Positions 30,256 to 38,771 of a DNA stretch of 64,000 bases are shown piece by piece (within the stretch, counting starts at the first letter, position 1; each line of letters opens with the position of its first letter). Below the pieces are notes generated by a model. That model saw nothing but the letters and a program-made list of their open reading frames with translations, made no database searches and was not told where the DNA came from. The position numbers and the translations under genes were made by a program. This DNA is from Minisyncoccia bacterium (GTDB lineage Bacteria; Patescibacteriota; Minisyncoccia; UBA6257; GWB1-50-10). The stretch covers positions 2,613-66,612 of the forward strand of contig JBEKVQ010000006.1 of NCBI GenBank assembly GCA_049997815.1. Reading direction: 5' to 3'.

Positions 30256-30702
30256 ATGGAATTACACAAAAAACTTTATCGTTCTCGGAGCGAACGGATG
30301 GTCTTCGGCCTCTGCGGCGGGTTAGGGCATTATTTTGATGTGGACCCGACGTTTATTCGCATCATTTTCGTGCTTCTTGCGATGCCGGGCGGAGCGGGAA
30401 TCCTGGTTTATCTCGTGGCGTCCTTTATAGTTCCCCTTGAGGCGGGCAGTGAAGAGATTCACCCTAAGGAGGAAGTGAGGGAATTCGCCCATAAATTCAA
30501 GCACGAAATACATCAAACGGCGGAAGAAATCAAGAAAGAAAGGCGCCACGGAGGTTTCCGGCCGGTCTTGGGCGCGATATTCGTCGCTGTCGGTTTCTTT
30601 CTTCTGTTTCGGGAGGTTTTCCCGTTCTATCATCTCGGAACCTTCTTGTGGCCGGTCTTGGTGATACTTTTGGGCATTTATCTTTTGACAAAACATAAGT
30701 AA
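30256..30702 (+). CDS. PspC-domain membrane protein
   Basis: KKLYRSRSERMVFGLCGGLGHYFDVDPTFIR, plus C-terminal TMs. Confidence 0.85.
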   Translation: MELHKKLYRSRSERMVFGLCGGLGHYFDVDPTFIRIIFVLLAMPGGAGILVYLVASFIVPLEAGSEEIHPKEEVREFAHKFKHEIHQTAEEIKKERRHGGFRPVLGAIFVAVGFFLLFREVFPFYHLGTFLWPVLVILLGIYLLTKHK

Positions 30703-30719
30703 GGCGTAAACTCTTTGAC

Positions 30720-31196
30720 GTGAGAAGAAAAATTTCGCTGGCATTAATTGTTCTGGCTTCTCTAGCCGCCCTCGTCGCAATTTGGATTGGGATCCATTCG
30801 ATCGTTGATTGGGGCGAAAGTGTTTGGTCTTGCGAGAATGGAGCTTGGGTGAAACACGGTAATCCATCGGCGCCCAAGCCCGACTGGGAGTGCGGCGGCC
30901 ACGCGGCGGCTCTGCTTGAAAGCGGAATATCGTTCGGGAATTCGCGCTCCAATTTCAGTGAGACGGGAAATCTGATCGGCAAGAGCTTGGATTGTCTCTT
31001 CGTTTACGAAGATGCCGGCATGCCGGCCCTGACGGTTGGATTGACTCACTCATCGGCGTCCCGGTGCCTGATAAACGGCGTAGATGTGTCCTGTGTGGAC
31101 GGCAGGTGGAATATGGGGGACCGCGCCACCGTTGTCGGAGTATTGATCGGTAAGACGGTAAGCGTTTCCAAACTGGACATTTTGAGCGCGCGTTAG
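30720..31196 (+). CDS. Hypothetical exported/membrane-anchored protein
   Basis: GTG start, N-terminal TM and WSCENGAWVKHGNP motif. Confidence 0.6.
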   Translation: MRRKISLALIVLASLAALVAIWIGIHSIVDWGESVWSCENGAWVKHGNPSAPKPDWECGGHAAALLESGISFGNSRSNFSETGNLIGKSLDCLFVYEDAGMPALTVGLTHSSASRCLINGVDVSCVDGRWNMGDRATVVGVLIGKTVSVSKLDILSAR

Positions 31197-31275
31197 AAAT
31201 CGGGTTAATCCGCACACTCGGCTGCGATGATTGCGTTCGGAGGTCGTATTGGCCCGTTTCGTATATAATAAAGAT

Positions 31276-32283
31276 ATGAAGATAGGATTTTTCAAACTGG
31301 ACGAGATGGAGGAAAAATATATTCGGGAACACCTCACGGGCCACGAATTGTATTTCAGCCCTGATAGGCTCTCGGAGGATTCCTTGCCGGAGCGAAATGA
31401 TTTCGAGATTATATCCGTTTTTGTGGATTCGGTGGTCACCGAAAAGGTTCTGGGTGCTTTTCCGAACCTGAAGATGGTTTCCACCAACTCCGTCGGCTTC
31501 GACCATATCGACGTCGTCGCCTGCAAAAAGCGGGGCATCGCGGTCGCTTACGTGCCGGGTTACGGTAACAATACCGTGGCCGAATTTGCCTTCGGACTCG
31601 TCTTGAATTTGACCCGCAAGATGTACCAGGCAATCGAGCAGGTGAAGAAAAGCCAGGCAATTTCCTTCGGCGGCCTTCGCGGCATCGATATTAAAGGCAG
31701 AACGATGGGGGTTATCGGAACGGGGAGAATCGGCAAGGAAACAGCGAAAATTTCAAAGGGATTCGGGATGAACGTGATAGCGTTCGATATTTTGGAGGAC
31801 ACCGCCGGGGCGAAAGAAATCGGCTTTACGTATGTCACACTTGAAGAACTATTGAAACAATCCGACGTTGTTTCCATCCACTGCCTCTTAACGGATGAAA
31901 CGCACCATCTGATAAACAAAAACAATATTGGGCTGATGAAGAAAGGGGCGTATCTCGTGAATACCGCCCGCGGGCCAATAGTGGAGACCGATGCTCTCAT
32001 TTGGGCGCTCAAGAACGGTATTCTCGCCGGCGTCGGGCTGGATGTATTGGAAGAGGAGAGGGAGATGAAGGAAGAAGGGCTCCGTGGCCAAAAACAATTG
32101 AATGATGAAGAGACGAGGGTGCTGGCCGAGAACCATGAATTGATACAGATGCCGAACGTTCTCGTCACCCCACACAATGCCTTCAATACGGAAGAGGCGC
32201 TCCAAAGGATAGTGGCAACGACGGTGGAAAGCATTACCGGGTTCGTAGCCAATAACCGGAATCCCAAGAATTTCGTGGTTTAG
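31276..32283 (+). CDS. D-isomer-specific 2-hydroxyacid dehydrogenase (D-lactate/hydroxypyruvate-reductase family)
   Basis: SVGFDHID, GVIGTGRIG, VNTARG, LDVLEEE, VTPHNAF; TATAAT 6 nt upstream of the ATG. Confidence 0.9.
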   Translation: MKIGFFKLDEMEEKYIREHLTGHELYFSPDRLSEDSLPERNDFEIISVFVDSVVTEKVLGAFPNLKMVSTNSVGFDHIDVVACKKRGIAVAYVPGYGNNTVAEFAFGLVLNLTRKMYQAIEQVKKSQAISFGGLRGIDIKGRTMGVIGTGRIGKETAKISKGFGMNVIAFDILEDTAGAKEIGFTYVTLEELLKQSDVVSIHCLLTDETHHLINKNNIGLMKKGAYLVNTARGPIVETDALIWALKNGILAGVGLDVLEEEREMKEEGLRGQKQLNDEETRVLAENHELIQMPNVLVTPHNAFNTEEALQRIVATTVESITGFVANNRNPKNFVV

Positions 32284-32285
32284 AA

Positions 32286-34029
32286 ATGAATTTGGAAACC
32301 AGAAACTGCCAAAATTGTAAGCAATCCTTCGTCATTGAACCGGAGGATTTTGCGTTTTATGAAAGGATGACTGTTCCGCCTCCGACTTTTTGTTGGGAGT
32401 GCCGGATGCAACGGCGTTTTGTTTGGAGAAACGAACGCACATTGTACAAGAGAAAGTGTGATTCTTGCGGAAGGAGTTCACTCTCCATGCATCATCCCAA
32501 AGTCCCCATTGTCGCTTACTGCCAGGAGTGTTGGCTTTCCGACAAGTGGGATGCGTTATCTTTTGGGGTAGAGTATGATTTTTCAAGGAGTTTTTTCGAA
32601 CAAATTCGGGATTTGTTGCTGAGAGTCCCCCGAAGGATGCTTTTTGTCGTAAATTCCAAAAACTCGCCCTTCACAAATTACACCAGAAATGCAAAGAATG
32701 TCTACCTCTCCGTTTCAGCTTTGGAGTCAGAAAATATTTTCTTTTCGAAGAACACGCTGAGAACATTCTGGGCCTGCGATTGTTTTGACATAAATGATTC
32801 CGAAAACTGTTACAGTGCTATAAAGGGTGATAAAAATTACAATTCGAAGTTTTTATTCGAGAGCCGTAATTGCATTGACTGTGCTTTCCTTTATGACTGC
32901 GTGAATTGTAGGGGTTGTATACTTTCCTCGAATTTAAGGAATAAAGAATTCTACGTAAGAAATCGACCGTGCACCAAGGAAGAGTATCAAAAAGTACTTA
33001 CCTCACTTAACCTTGGAAGTGCCTTGTCTACTAAAAGTGCTGAATTGGAACTGGAGAGAATTAAGCAAGCCGCTCTCCATAAATATGCCCAACTGGTCAA
33101 TGCTCCGAATTGTTCGGGTGACAACATAGCTGATTCTAAGAACTGTCACTATTGTTTCGACGGCAGGAATGATGAAAATTTGAAGTTTGGTTTTAGAGAC
33201 CCAGGTGTCAAGGATTCTATGGATGTAGTGAATGGTGGCCCACAGGCAGAACTTTTTTATGAATTTATCGGTGGGGGAGGGATGAACAGTAGGTCCTTAA
33301 TGTTTACTGTTAATGCTGACGTCGGTCTTGATGATATTCGTTATACGGAATATTGCTCTAAATCCTCCCACCTCTTCGCCTGCATCGGCCTCCGTTCCAA
33401 GCAATACTGCATCCTAAACAAGCAATATTCGAAGGATGAGTACGAATCCCTGGTCCCCAAGATCATTGCCCACATGAACACTCAGCCCTACATAGACCAG
33501 AAGGGCAGGATATATAGATACGGCGAGTTCTTCCCCCCGGAGCTCTCTCCCTTCGCCTACAACGAAACCATCGCCCAGGAGTACTTCCCCCTGACCAAAG
33601 GAGAAGCAGAGAAACAGGGCTATAGATGGAAAGACCCCGATACCCAAGGAATACGTGATAACCATCCTCCCAACCAAGCTTCCTGACCATGTGAAGGACG
33701 TAAAGGACGACATCCTATCCCAGACCATAGGGTGTGTCCACGAAGGCAAGTGCACCCACCAATGCACCACCGCTTTCAGAATCATCCCCGAAGAACTCTC
33801 CTTCTACCGAAGGATGAACCTCCCTTTACCCCGACTCTGCCCTAACTGCCGGCACTACGAACGCCTAGCTCAGAGAAATCCTTTGAAGCTGTGGCATAGG
33901 CAATGTATGTGCGATAAGACCACCCATACCCATAAGGGCCACTGTCTGAACGAATTCGAGACGAGTTACAGCCCAGAGCGGAAAGAAATCGTGTATTGCG
34001 AATCCTGTTATAATTCAGAGGTAGTATGA
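32286..34029 (+). pseudogene. Cys-rich family copy 9 with a single +1 frameshift at 33643-33645
   Basis: Removing one C from gat-accc-aag restores KDPDTKEYVITILP, matching paralogues such as KDPETKAYQVTIP. The ORF track splits it into 32286-33686 and 33655-34029. Confidence 0.8.
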
Positions 34030-35225
34030 AGATAAAAAGCATTGAAATAAAAGAAATATTGGATTCGCGGGGTGAGCCGACGATAGAGGTGAACGTAACC
34101 GGCGAAAACAACGAGAGCACTTCCGCTCAAATCCCTTCCGGGAAGAGCCGGGGGAAGAACGAAGCGGCGGTACTGAAACCGGCGGAAGCGGGGCATGTTT
34201 TGGAAAAGACGATAAAACCGAACATCGCCGACCGGAACTTCGAATCCATCGGTGAACTGGATGCGTTTCTGATAGCTCTGGACGGCACCGACAACAAAGA
34301 AAGATTGGGCGGGAACCTTATTTTGGGCATCTCGATCGCTTTTGCGCGCCTTATGGCCAAACAGCAGGAAAAAGAGCTGTGGCAGGTTTTGAACGAAGAA
34401 TTCTTTGAGGGTAAAAAATATTACGAGAAGCCCCTGATATTCTCCAACCTCATAAACGGCGGAGCGCACGCCAAGAACAACCTGGATATCCAGGAATATA
34501 TGGTCGTGGTGAGGCCGTACCCGTCGTATAAAATGGCCATCAGAGAGCTTGAGGATTTTTACGCTAAGCTCGGAGATTTTCTGAAAGAGAAGTTCAAGCT
34601 GGAAAAATTGGCGTTGGGCGACGAGGGCGGATATTCACTGAAATTTTCCAATAATTTCGAACCGATAGAAGTGCTTTCGGAGATGATAGAAAAATTCGAC
34701 ATTACGAAGATATTCTCGATCGCGCTGGACTGCGCCGCGAACGGTTTTTACAAGGATGGACTGTACAGCTTCGGCAAGCAGAAGTTGAATTTCATGGAGA
34801 TGGCCGAAATATATCGGGTTTATTTTCAAACCGTTCCGCTCCTGGTGTCCATAGAAGACCCGTTTGCCGAGGATGACCACGCTGGTTTCAAAAGATTGCA
34901 TTCTTTGTACAAAAACAAGCTGGTGGTGGGGGACGATTTGGCGGTAACGAACCCCCTCGTGATCGAAGAGGCCGTGAAGGAGAAATTGATGAGCGGGGTG
35001 ATAATCAAGCCGAATCAGGTTGGCACCGTGACCGAAACCTGCGAAGCGATGAAGATAGCTCACGTGAACGGTTTAAAGACCATCGTCTCCCACCGCTCGG
35101 GGGAGGAGAATGACCCGTTCATAATTCACTTCGCCAAAGCCGGCGGAGCTTATGGCGTAAAGATCGGCGCGCCGGTCCCGAGCCGGATATCAAAATATAT
35201 CGAACTGGAAAGGCTCTATGGCTAG
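34026..35225 (+). CDS. eno: Enolase
   Basis: EILDSRG, NGGAHA, QEYM, GDEGG, SIEDPF, VGDDL, IKPNQ, SHRSGE, KIGAP. Confidence 0.95.
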   Translation: MKIKSIEIKEILDSRGEPTIEVNVTGENNESTSAQIPSGKSRGKNEAAVLKPAEAGHVLEKTIKPNIADRNFESIGELDAFLIALDGTDNKERLGGNLILGISIAFARLMAKQQEKELWQVLNEEFFEGKKYYEKPLIFSNLINGGAHAKNNLDIQEYMVVVRPYPSYKMAIRELEDFYAKLGDFLKEKFKLEKLALGDEGGYSLKFSNNFEPIEVLSEMIEKFDITKIFSIALDCAANGFYKDGLYSFGKQKLNFMEMAEIYRVYFQTVPLLVSIEDPFAEDDHAGFKRLHSLYKNKLVVGDDLAVTNPLVIEEAVKEKLMSGVIIKPNQVGTVTETCEAMKIAHVNGLKTIVSHRSGEENDPFIIHFAKAGGAYGVKIGAPVPSRISKYIELERLYG

Positions 35226-36993
35226 CGAAACCCGTGAGTGCCAAAATTGCAATCGATCCTTCGTCATTGAACCGGAGGATTTCAGTTTCTACGAGCGGAT
35301 AAAAGTTCCACCACCGACGTGGTGTCCGGAATGCAGGATGATAAGAAGAATGACCTGGCGGAACGAAAGGAATCTTTACAGAATCGCCTGCGGTCTTTGC
35401 GGGAAAAGCATAATCTCGCTCTACCCACCCGAGAGCGGCGTCAAAGTTTATTGCAGTCAATGCTGGTTTTCGGACAAATGGGATGCATCGAATATTAATT
35501 TAGATTACGATTTTTCCCGGCCGTTCTTTTCCCAGTGGCACGATTTGTTCATGAAAGCGCCCCTAATCGCCATATGGTCGATAAGAGGCAACGTCAACTC
35601 GGAATACTGCAGTTATGCCGCGGATAACAAGAATTGTTATCTGTCATCCTCGGTTCTTTGGAGCGAAAACGTGTCTTACTCTTATTCGGTCGACAGGGAC
35701 AGGGATTGCATTGATTGTGCTTTCCTCAATGATTCTGAGCTTTGCTACGAGAATCTGAACGGCGCGAATAACTACAGGTCCGTTTTTCTCATTCAATCAA
35801 GGAATTGCCTGGATTCCTCATTCCTTTTCGACTGCGTCAATTGCCAGAATTGTTTCTTGAGCTGGAATTTGAGGAACAAAAGATTCGTTTTTAGGAATCA
35901 GCAGCTTGATGAAGCATCGTATAAAGAAAAATTGAAGGAGTTTGAGATGGGAAGCTCGGCAAATTTAGTGAGATTATTTGATGAATTCACTAAGATTTCG
36001 AAAGAAAAAGCCCTGCATCGTTACGCCAATATAATAAAGTCCCAAAAAGCGACGGGGGATAACATAGAAAATTCCAAGAACGTTAAGGAAGTTTTTGAGG
36101 CTTATGAAGATGAAAACGCATTTTACGGCGTAAGGGTATTTAAGGACAAGGATGTTGTGGATGCGATTGGCGTCGTCGGATCGGAGCTCGGCTACGAGTT
36201 GATCGCCCCGGGTTTGGCGAGCTATATGAGCCTGTTCGTAATGTTAAACGATTCCTGCCGCGAAGTGTCTTTTACGAATTACTGCTTCAATTGTTCCAAC
36301 TGTTTTGCTTGTATCGGTCTCAAGAACAAGCAATACTGCATCCTGAATAAGCAATACACCAAGGAAGAGTACGAATCACTGGTTCCCCGTATCATTGCCC
36401 ACATGAACGACATGCCCTACATAGACAAGAAGGGCAGGGTCTACCGATACGGTGAGTTCTTCCCCCCGGAATTATCTCCCTTCGCCTACAACGAAACCAT
36501 CGCCCAGGAGTACTTTCCCCTCACGAAAGGAGAGGCCATAGAGAAGGGCTACCGCTGGAAGGAGCCGGAAGAGAAAAAATATGAGATTACCATCCTTAAT
36601 GACCGGATCCCCGATAATATAAAGGACGTTCGCGACGATATCGTGAATGAGGTCATAGAATGCGCCCATAAGGGAGAATGCAATGAGCACTGCACTCAGG
36701 CCTTCAAGATGACGCCACCCGAAGTTCAATTCTATAAACGGATGAATCTTCCGTTGCCCCGGTTATGTCCAAATTGCCGGCATTACCAGCGTTTGAGGAG
36801 AAGAAATCCTTTAAGGCTTTGGCACCGGAAATGCGCCTGCGCCGGCGCAAAATCCAATAATGGTTCATATATGAACACCATTTCCCACCAGCACGGAGCG
36901 GGGAAGTGCCCGAACGAGTTCGAAACCTCCTACGCTCCGGAGCGGAAAGAGATAGTGTATTGCGAAAGTTGCTACAACACCGAAGTCGTATGA
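35218..36993 (+). CDS. Cys-rich zinc-ribbon/solenoid family protein, copy 10
   Basis: Start overlaps the eno stop by 8 nt; 591 aa. Confidence 0.92.
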   Translation: MASETRECQNCNRSFVIEPEDFSFYERIKVPPPTWCPECRMIRRMTWRNERNLYRIACGLCGKSIISLYPPESGVKVYCSQCWFSDKWDASNINLDYDFSRPFFSQWHDLFMKAPLIAIWSIRGNVNSEYCSYAADNKNCYLSSSVLWSENVSYSYSVDRDRDCIDCAFLNDSELCYENLNGANNYRSVFLIQSRNCLDSSFLFDCVNCQNCFLSWNLRNKRFVFRNQQLDEASYKEKLKEFEMGSSANLVRLFDEFTKISKEKALHRYANIIKSQKATGDNIENSKNVKEVFEAYEDENAFYGVRVFKDKDVVDAIGVVGSELGYELIAPGLASYMSLFVMLNDSCREVSFTNYCFNCSNCFACIGLKNKQYCILNKQYTKEEYESLVPRIIAHMNDMPYIDKKGRVYRYGEFFPPELSPFAYNETIAQEYFPLTKGEAIEKGYRWKEPEEKKYEITILNDRIPDNIKDVRDDIVNEVIECAHKGECNEHCTQAFKMTPPEVQFYKRMNLPLPRLCPNCRHYQRLRRRNPLRLWHRKCACAGAKSNNGSYMNTISHQHGAGKCPNEFETSYAPERKEIVYCESCYNTEVV

Positions 36994-38771
36994 ACTCCGA
37001 AACTAAAACCTGTAAAAACTGTAGCTCGTCCTTCGTCATTGAACCGGACGACCTTACTTTTTACGAGCGGATAAAAGTTCCGCCACCGACTTTCTGCCCG
37101 GAGTGCCGAAGCCAGCGGAGGCTTTCATGGCGGAACGACATGAATTTGTACACCCGTCCCTGTGATTCGTGCGGGAAGAGGATGGTTTCTCTTTATTCTC
37201 CGGATTCCGGGATGACGGTCTATTGCGTGAAATGCTGGTGGAGCGATAAATGGAACCCGAAGGATTATGCAATGGAATATGATTTTTCTAAGCCGTTCCT
37301 CAGGCAATTCGACGAATTGCAGAAAAAGGTGCCAATACTCGCGCTTGCGAACGATGACGGTCTCGTCGGAGGAAGCGTGAATTGTGAATACAATCATGAC
37401 TTTGCCCGAGCGAAGAATTGCTACATGGTTTTCGTGGCCTGGAAGCTCCAGGATTCCATGTACAGTCACTATATCGTTGACAGCAAGGGGATGGTGGATT
37501 GTTTGAGCAGCTGGGACGAGTCCGATTCGGTTTATGAGGGAATATTCGCCGAGAGGTGCTATAAATGCTGGTACGTTTTTTACTCCGTCGCTCTTTCGGA
37601 TTGCGCATTTTGCCTGGATTCTAGGGATTCTTCCGATTGCTTCATGTGCACCGGCTTGCGCCACAAGCGGTATTACTTCAAGAACAGGCCATATTCCAAG
37701 GAGGAATACGAAAAAATCCTGGCCGATTACAAACTCGATACGTATAGTGGCGTGGAACGGGCCAAGGAGGAATTTAGGGAGATGCTCTATTTGAAGCCGC
37801 GCAAATTTTCCATACTGCGCAACACCGTAAATTCAACCGGGGATTATCTGACCAATTGTAAAAATTGCCGAGACTGTTTTTTGGTCCAGCGCGGAGAGAA
37901 CCTTCGGTATGTAGAGAGCTCGGATACGCCCGTGGACTCTTACGATCTAAGCACGGGAGGAGAATTGCAGTATTGCTATGAAGGAATTACGCCGGACCAC
38001 TCGTATATGGGCCGATTTGAAATATTTTCGTGGAAGAATACGGATGTTTTTTATCTGGACGGCTGCCATTCCTGCAAGGATGTTTTTGGGTGTTGCGGGC
38101 TCAAAAAAGCGCAGTATTGTATTTTGAATAAGCAGTACACGAAAGAGGAGTACGAAAAAATTTTGCCTAAGGTCATAGAGCACATGAATGCGATGCCGTA
38201 TAAGGACAAAAACGGCGTGGAATACCGCTTCGGCGAGTTTTTCCCCGCAGAGTTGTCTTACTTCGGTTATAACGAAAGCGTTGCCCAAGAACGGATTCCG
38301 CTAAGTCGCGAACAGGCGCTCGCCAGCCATTTTAACTGGCGGGACAAGTTACAGCTGACGACCGGCCAGGAGACAGTCAAGACAGAAAATTTGCCCGATT
38401 CCATAGATGACGTAAAGGATTCCATATTGAATGAGGTTCTGGCCTGCATTGGATGCAAAAGGAATTACCGTATTGTTCTTCAGGAATTGCAATTTTACCG
38501 GCGAATGAAGATCCCTTTGCCCCGAAAATGTTTCTATTGTAGGCATCAGGCTCGCGTGAATTTTCGGAATCCCTTCAAGCTTTGGCACCGGAAATGCGCC
38601 TGCGTGGGTTCGACAAGCTCACCACAGGCTGGTCCCGGCTTTGTTTATCAAAATACAGTGAAGCATTTCCATGGCGATAAGGAATGCCCCAATGAATTTG
38701 AGACCTCATACGCGCCTGAGCGGAAAGAGGTGGTATATTGCGAGCAGTGTTATAATTCAGAAATCGTATGA
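36990..38771 (+). CDS. Cys-rich zinc-ribbon/solenoid family protein, copy 11
   Basis: MNSETKTCKNC start in an ATGA overlap. Confidence 0.92.
   Translation: MNSETKTCKNCSSSFVIEPDDLTFYERIKVPPPTFCPECRSQRRLSWRNDMNLYTRPCDSCGKRMVSLYSPDSGMTVYCVKCWWSDKWNPKDYAMEYDFSKPFLRQFDELQKKVPILALANDDGLVGGSVNCEYNHDFARAKNCYMVFVAWKLQDSMYSHYIVDSKGMVDCLSSWDESDSVYEGIFAERCYKCWYVFYSVALSDCAFCLDSRDSSDCFMCTGLRHKRYYFKNRPYSKEEYEKILADYKLDTYSGVERAKEEFREMLYLKPRKFSILRNTVNSTGDYLTNCKNCRDCFLVQRGENLRYVESSDTPVDSYDLSTGGELQYCYEGITPDHSYMGRFEIFSWKNTDVFYLDGCHSCKDVFGCCGLKKAQYCILNKQYTKEEYEKILPKVIEHMNAMPYKDKNGVEYRFGEFFPAELSYFGYNESVAQERIPLSREQALASHFNWRDKLQLTTGQETVKTENLPDSIDDVKDSILNEVLACIGCKRNYRIVLQELQFYRRMKIPLPRKCFYCRHQARVNFRNPFKLWHRKCACVGSTSSPQAGPGFVYQNTVKHFHGDKECPNEFETSYAPERKEVVYCEQCYNSEIV

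Noticed and set aside
33631-33660. Programmed ribosomal frameshift in copy 9
   Set aside because: No recognisable slippery heptamer, and the other 11 paralogues are in-frame here. Mutation or sequencing error is simpler.
9234-38771. TGA read-through (code 25 or selenocysteine) fusing the copies
   Set aside because: The next copy starts in a different frame (ATGA overlap), and TGA terminates mnmA, aspS and murA at their expected ends.
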